Positions 29,069 through 32,000 of a stretch of 32,000 nt of DNA are shown here, piece after piece (position 1 is the first letter of the stretch; every line of letters starts with the position of its first letter). The position numbers were made by a program, and so were the translations under genes. The stretch lies in contig NC_017080.1 in NCBI RefSeq assembly GCF_000284115.1, positions 1,290,001 to 1,322,000 of the forward strand. Direction: 5' to 3'. The notes below the pieces were generated by a model. It was not told the origin of the DNA and did no database searches. It was given only the letters and a program-made list of their open reading frames with translations. This DNA is from Phycisphaera mikurensis NBRC 102666 (GTDB lineage: Bacteria > Planctomycetota > Phycisphaerae > Phycisphaerales > Phycisphaeraceae).

Positions 29069-29087
29069 GGCAGGTCGGCGACCTGCC
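29069..29087 (+). terminator. Hairpin immediately after the paralog B stop (weak terminator candidate)
   Basis: ggcaggtc-ggc-gacctgcc gives an 8-bp stem and a 3-nt loop starting 1 nt after TAG (29066-29068). It is followed only by ATTGG, so there is no real U-tract. Confidence 0.3.
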
Positions 29088-29122
29088 ATTGGACCCGCAG
29101 GGCCCAAGCGTTCTTGTTCCCA

Positions 29123-29173
29123 GCAGCCCCACGGCGGGTCGACGCCGCCGGTCTGCAGCCCCACGGCGGGTCG
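29123..29173. repeat. Perfect 19-bp direct repeat x2 (gcagccccacggcgggtcg) upstream of the tRNA
   Basis: Copies at 29123-29141 and 29155-29173. The 32-nt period is not a multiple of 3, so this is unlikely to be coding. The copies lie 95-145 nt upstream of the tRNA 5' end. Confidence 0.6.
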
Positions 29174-29267
29174 CCGACCCGCCCGATGAGAAGCGCGGCG
29201 TGCTCCGTCGCCGGGTGCGGCGTCTCGCCGTGCTGTGGCACGCCGGATGCCCCTAAGGTTCACCCGC

Positions 29268-29340
29268 GGCCGCTTAGCCCAACGGCAGAGGCAGTCGATT
29301 TAAAATCGACCAAGTGCGGGTTCGAGTCCCGCAGCGGCCA
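29268..29340 (+). tRNA. tRNA with anticodon UAA (Leu by anticodon) but class-I length, atypical
   Basis: Hand-folded cloverleaf. Acceptor ggccgct/agcggcc with discriminator A. D arm gcc(c)-aacggcag-(a)ggc containing GG. Anticodon stem gtcga/tcgac with loop tttaaaa. 5-nt variable region caagt. T arm gcggg-ttcgagt-cccgc. No encoded CCA. Confidence 0.75.
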
Positions 29341-29425
29341 TGCGCAGCGGCGGCCCTCCCCGCCGCAGGCTCCTCCTCGCCGCGGCATCGGCCCCGGGCC
29401 GCCGCGGCCGGGTACCGTCGCCGCG

Positions 29426-30601
29426 ATGCAGGAGCCGTCACGCCCCGGACTGCGCCCCCTCGGCATGCTCGGCGGCGGGCAGCTCGGCCGCATGTTCGTC
29501 CAGGCGGCGCACGCGCAGGGGCGGGAGGTGCACGTCTTCAGCCCCGACGCGGACGGCCCGGCGGCGCAGGCGGCGGACGCGCACACGGCGGCGGGCTACG
29601 ACGACCTGGACGCGGTGCGCCGCTTCGCGGCGTCGGTGGATGGCGTGAGCTACGAGTTCGAGAACGTGCCGGCGGCGACGGCCGCGGCCTGCGCCGAGGC
29701 GGGGCCGGTGCGACCGGGCGGGAACGTGCTGGCGGTGGCGCAGGACCGCCGCGAGGAGAAGGCGTTCCTCGAGGGGGCGGGCGTCCCGATCGCGCCTTGG
29801 GCGGCGGTCGGGAGCGAGGCGGAGCTCGCGGCGGCGGGCCGGCGGCTCGGCTTCCCGTGCGTGCTCAAGACGGCACGCGGCGGCTACGACGGCAAGGGCC
29901 AGCGGGTGCTCCACGACGCGGCGGAGGTGCCCTACGCCTGGGCGGACCTGCAGCCCGGGGACGGCCGGGAGGTGCCGTGCGTGCTCGAAGCGAGGGTCGA
30001 CTTCCAGGCGGAGGTCAGCGTCATCGCGGCCCGTGACGCCCACGGCGGGACCGTCACCTGGGGGCCGATCGCCAACAGCCACCGCAACCACATCCTCGAC
30101 GTGTCGGCCGTTCCCGCGGGCCTCGGGGACGCGTTGGAGGCCGAGGCGGTGGCCGTCGCCGAGCAGGTCGTCGCGGCTTTCGAGCTGGTGGGGGTGCTCT
30201 GCGTCGAGTGCTTCGTGACGCGGTCGGACGCGTCCGGCCCGCGGATCCTCGTCAACGAGATCGCGCCACGGCCGCACAACAGCGGGCACCTGACGATCGA
30301 GGCCTACGAGCTCTCTCAGTTCGCGGCGCAGGCGCTGTGCCTCGGCGGCGGGCGGCTGCCGTCGTCGCCGGGCTTGCGGCGGCCTGCGGCGATGGCGAAC
30401 CTGCTCGGAGACGTCTGGGGGAAGGGCGGGGAGCCGCCGCGGTGGGACGCGATCGCGGGCCGGGAGGGGGTGACGGTGCACCGCTACGGCAAGGCGGTGG
30501 CGCGGCCGGGGCGGAAGATGGGGCACGTGACGGCGCTGGCGGGGACCGCGCACGAGGCGGTCCGCAACGCCGTGGAGGCGCGAGCCGCCCTGCGGGCGTA
30601 G
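29426..30601 (+). CDS. purK: N5-carboxyaminoimidazole ribonucleotide synthase
   Basis: LGMLGGGQLGRMF, an ATG-grasp-type ATP-grasp core (PCVLKTARGGYDGKGQ, EVSVIAAR), VNEIAPRPHNSGH and GRKMGHVT. ATG at 29426. The track ORF begins further upstream and reads through the tRNA. Confidence 0.93.
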   Translation: MQEPSRPGLRPLGMLGGGQLGRMFVQAAHAQGREVHVFSPDADGPAAQAADAHTAAGYDDLDAVRRFAASVDGVSYEFENVPAATAAACAEAGPVRPGGNVLAVAQDRREEKAFLEGAGVPIAPWAAVGSEAELAAAGRRLGFPCVLKTARGGYDGKGQRVLHDAAEVPYAWADLQPGDGREVPCVLEARVDFQAEVSVIAARDAHGGTVTWGPIANSHRNHILDVSAVPAGLGDALEAEAVAVAEQVVAAFELVGVLCVECFVTRSDASGPRILVNEIAPRPHNSGHLTIEAYELSQFAAQALCLGGGRLPSSPGLRRPAAMANLLGDVWGKGGEPPRWDAIAGREGVTVHRYGKAVARPGRKMGHVTALAGTAHEAVRNAVEARAALRA

Positions 30602-30650
30602 CCCGGCGCGGTGCCCGACGCCCCGCGGGACACCCGCGGCGGCGCCGGGA

Positions 30651-31229
30651 TCAGGCGAGCCGCCCCAGCACGGCGTCGCGGATGGCCTCGGGCTCGGCCA
30701 TGCGGCCGGCGCCGCCGGTGCGGCAGGCTTGCCAGCCGGATTCGGGGCCGACGGTGGAGAGGTCCGGCAGCAGGTCGCGCAGCGCCGCGAGGTTCCGCCG
30801 GACGACGGGGTTGGCCCACATGTCGGCGTTCATCGCGGGGGCGAGGACCAGCGGCCGGCCGGCGGGCAGGGCGGTGACGGCGAGGGCCACCGGGTCGTCG
30901 CAGAACCCCGCCGCGAGCCGCGCGAGCAGATTCGCCGAGCACGGGGCGACGACCGCGGCGTCCGCCCAGCGGGCGAGGCCGACGTGCGGCGAGCTCGGCT
31001 CGTCGTAGGCATCCCAGAGCGAGGTGGCGACGGCGGCGCCGGAGAGCGACCGCAGCGTGAGCGGCCCGAGGAAGCGCGTCGCCGAAGCGGTCATCGCGCA
31101 GCGGACCTCGCAGCCCGCCTGGACCAGGCGGGAGACGAGCGTGGCGGACTTGTACGCCGCGATGCCCCCGGAGACGCCGACCAGCACGCGGCGGGGCCGC
31201 CCCGCGGCCTCGCCGGCCGCCTCAGGCAT
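30651..31229 (-). CDS. coaC: Phosphopantothenoylcysteine decarboxylase flavoprotein (CoaC domain only)
   Basis: RVLVGVSGGIAAYKSATLVSRLVQAG, VVAPCSANLLARLAAGFCDD, LAPAMNADMW and GWQACRTGGAGRMAEP. At 192 aa it has no CoaB (synthetase) half attached. Confidence 0.85.
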   Translation of the reverse strand: MPEAAGEAAGRPRRVLVGVSGGIAAYKSATLVSRLVQAGCEVRCAMTASATRFLGPLTLRSLSGAAVATSLWDAYDEPSSPHVGLARWADAAVVAPCSANLLARLAAGFCDDPVALAVTALPAGRPLVLAPAMNADMWANPVVRRNLAALRDLLPDLSTVGPESGWQACRTGGAGRMAEPEAIRDAVLGRLA

Positions 31230-31467
31230 CCGCCGTCGCGGCCTCTTCGGGCGCCGGCTCGAGCTGGTCGTCGCCCTCCTGGGCGATGGTGATCTTGCCC
31301 TCGATGATCTCGGCGACGGCGATCTCGAAGTCGCTGCGGCCGTTGCGCTCGACCAGCGGCCGGGCGCCCTCCATCAGTTCCCGCACCCGGTGCTGGACCA
31401 GCGCCGTGAATTTGAAGCGTCCGCCCATGGCGTTGATGACGGTGTCGTCTTTGAGTTCTTCGATCAT
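31222..31467 (-). CDS. rpoZ: DNA-directed RNA polymerase subunit omega
   Basis: 81-aa product MIEELKDDTVINAMGGRFKFTALVQHRVRELMEGARPLVE..., which matches the omega-subunit pattern as I recall it for Planctomycetes-type rpoZ. The stop overlaps the coaC start (ATGCCTGA), a common rpoZ-coaBC synteny. The upstream part of the track ORF is Arg/Pro-rich junk. Confidence 0.7.
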   Translation of the reverse strand: MIEELKDDTVINAMGGRFKFTALVQHRVRELMEGARPLVERNGRSDFEIAVAEIIEGKITIAQEGDDQLEPAPEEAATADA

Positions 31468-31835
31468 CGGGGGTGATCCGGTCGGATGCGGGTCCAGGTG
31501 CGGGGTGGGGGTGGCGGATGTCGGGCCTCGACGCGCAGCAGGCCGCCGGCCGCGCGCGGTCCGGAGTCTAGCGGACCGGCGCTGGAGGGGCGCGCCCGCG
31601 GCTGCGGGCCGCGGCCGCGGGCCGGTCTGGGCCGTTCTGGGGCCGGACGCCCTCTCCCGCGACGCGGCGGCCTCCCCCGCGCCGTCTCCGGGCGGTTCGC
31701 GAGGCCGGTTCTTGCGCCGCCTCCGCGACACCTCGCCTCGCCCGGCGTAGAGCGGGCGGCGACGCGATGAACCGACCCCCAACCCGTTCCCGTAAGCTCG
31801 GCCGCCGCCCCTTGCCCCTCCCCCGGGACCTCCCC

Positions 31836-32000
31836 ATGACCGCCGCCGCCTCCGGACCCGCCTTCACCTCGCCGCCCGATCCGCCGGTGAACCTGCCGCC
31901 GGTGACGGAGCGGTCGGAGGCGGCGGCGGACGAGCAGAAGGGCGTCGACAACCTCATCAAAGCGGCGATGGCCGGGTCGGTGGTGCTGCTGGTGGCGATC
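31836..32000 (+). CDS. Partial CDS of unknown function, possibly membrane-associated; only the N-terminus is in the window and it continues past the right edge
   Basis: ATG 31836 opens MTAAASGPAFTSPPDPPVNLPPVTERSEAAADEQKGVDNLIKAAMAGSVVLLVAI. Codon third positions are almost all G/C, and the frame is open to the window end. It ends in a hydrophobic stretch. Confidence 0.4.
   Translation, partial: MTAAASGPAFTSPPDPPVNLPPVTERSEAAADEQKGVDNLIKAAMAGSVVLLVAI

Noticed and set aside
24681-29263. ORFs 24681..27683 (+, 1000 aa) and 27353..29263 (-, 636 aa) plus the minus-strand ORFs antisense to the paralogs
   Set aside because: They are out of frame with or antisense to the ThiF-like gene and the two zinc-ribbon paralogs. 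The two paralogs validate each other's reading frames by collinear conservation, and the competing ORFs are Arg/Pro/Gly-rich.
29268-30601. Genomic island or integrative element at the tRNA
   Set aside because: There is no integrase, no direct repeat of the tRNA 3' end anywhere in the window, and the downstream genes (purK, coaC, rpoZ) are housekeeping.

Overview
This is a very GC-rich bacterial chromosomal window (hand counts of about 73% in core genes). Most of it is housekeeping: serS, folC, leuS, carB, purK, rpoZ, coaC, a dus-family tRNA-dihydrouridine synthase, a hydantoinase/dihydropyrimidinase and a ThiF/MoeB-type adenylyltransferase. Many very long ORFs in the supplied track are GC-driven artefacts (Arg/Pro/Gly/Ala-rich, antisense to or out of frame with recognisable genes), and I do not call them. 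PEP-CTERM tails, dockerin-like repeats, zinc-ribbon N-termini and the rpoZ sequence type suggest Planctomycetota; this guess is unverified. The strongest candidate for something undescribed is a tandem pair of paralogous genes (26128-27549 and 27677-29068). Each has an N-terminal CPxCG...CxxC zinc ribbon, a low-complexity linker and a roughly 300-aa conserved C-terminal domain I cannot assign. The pair sits divergently from a ThiF/MoeB-like gene that has no CxxC motif and just upstream of an atypical 73-nt tRNA with a UAA anticodon. Other items worth a second look: (1) a recurring palindrome GGCCGCGGACC-N28-GGTCCGCGGCC at two gene 3' ends, once in frame inside the ThiF-like CDS, with a tighter variant at 5775-5800; (2) two long intergenic hairpins, 162 bp at the folC stop and about 125 bp of GAAGAAGC-type arms in the carB leader; (3) a Wzc-like co-polymerase/P-loop protein with no Tyr-rich tail, overlapping a kinase-fold gene; (4) a secreted endonuclease-I protein with dockerin-like repeats and a PEP-CTERM anchor; (5) a lower-GC secreted lyase-like gene with a 12-bp GCAAACGTTTGC palindrome upstream. 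I found no CRISPR array, rRNA, transposase or integrase.
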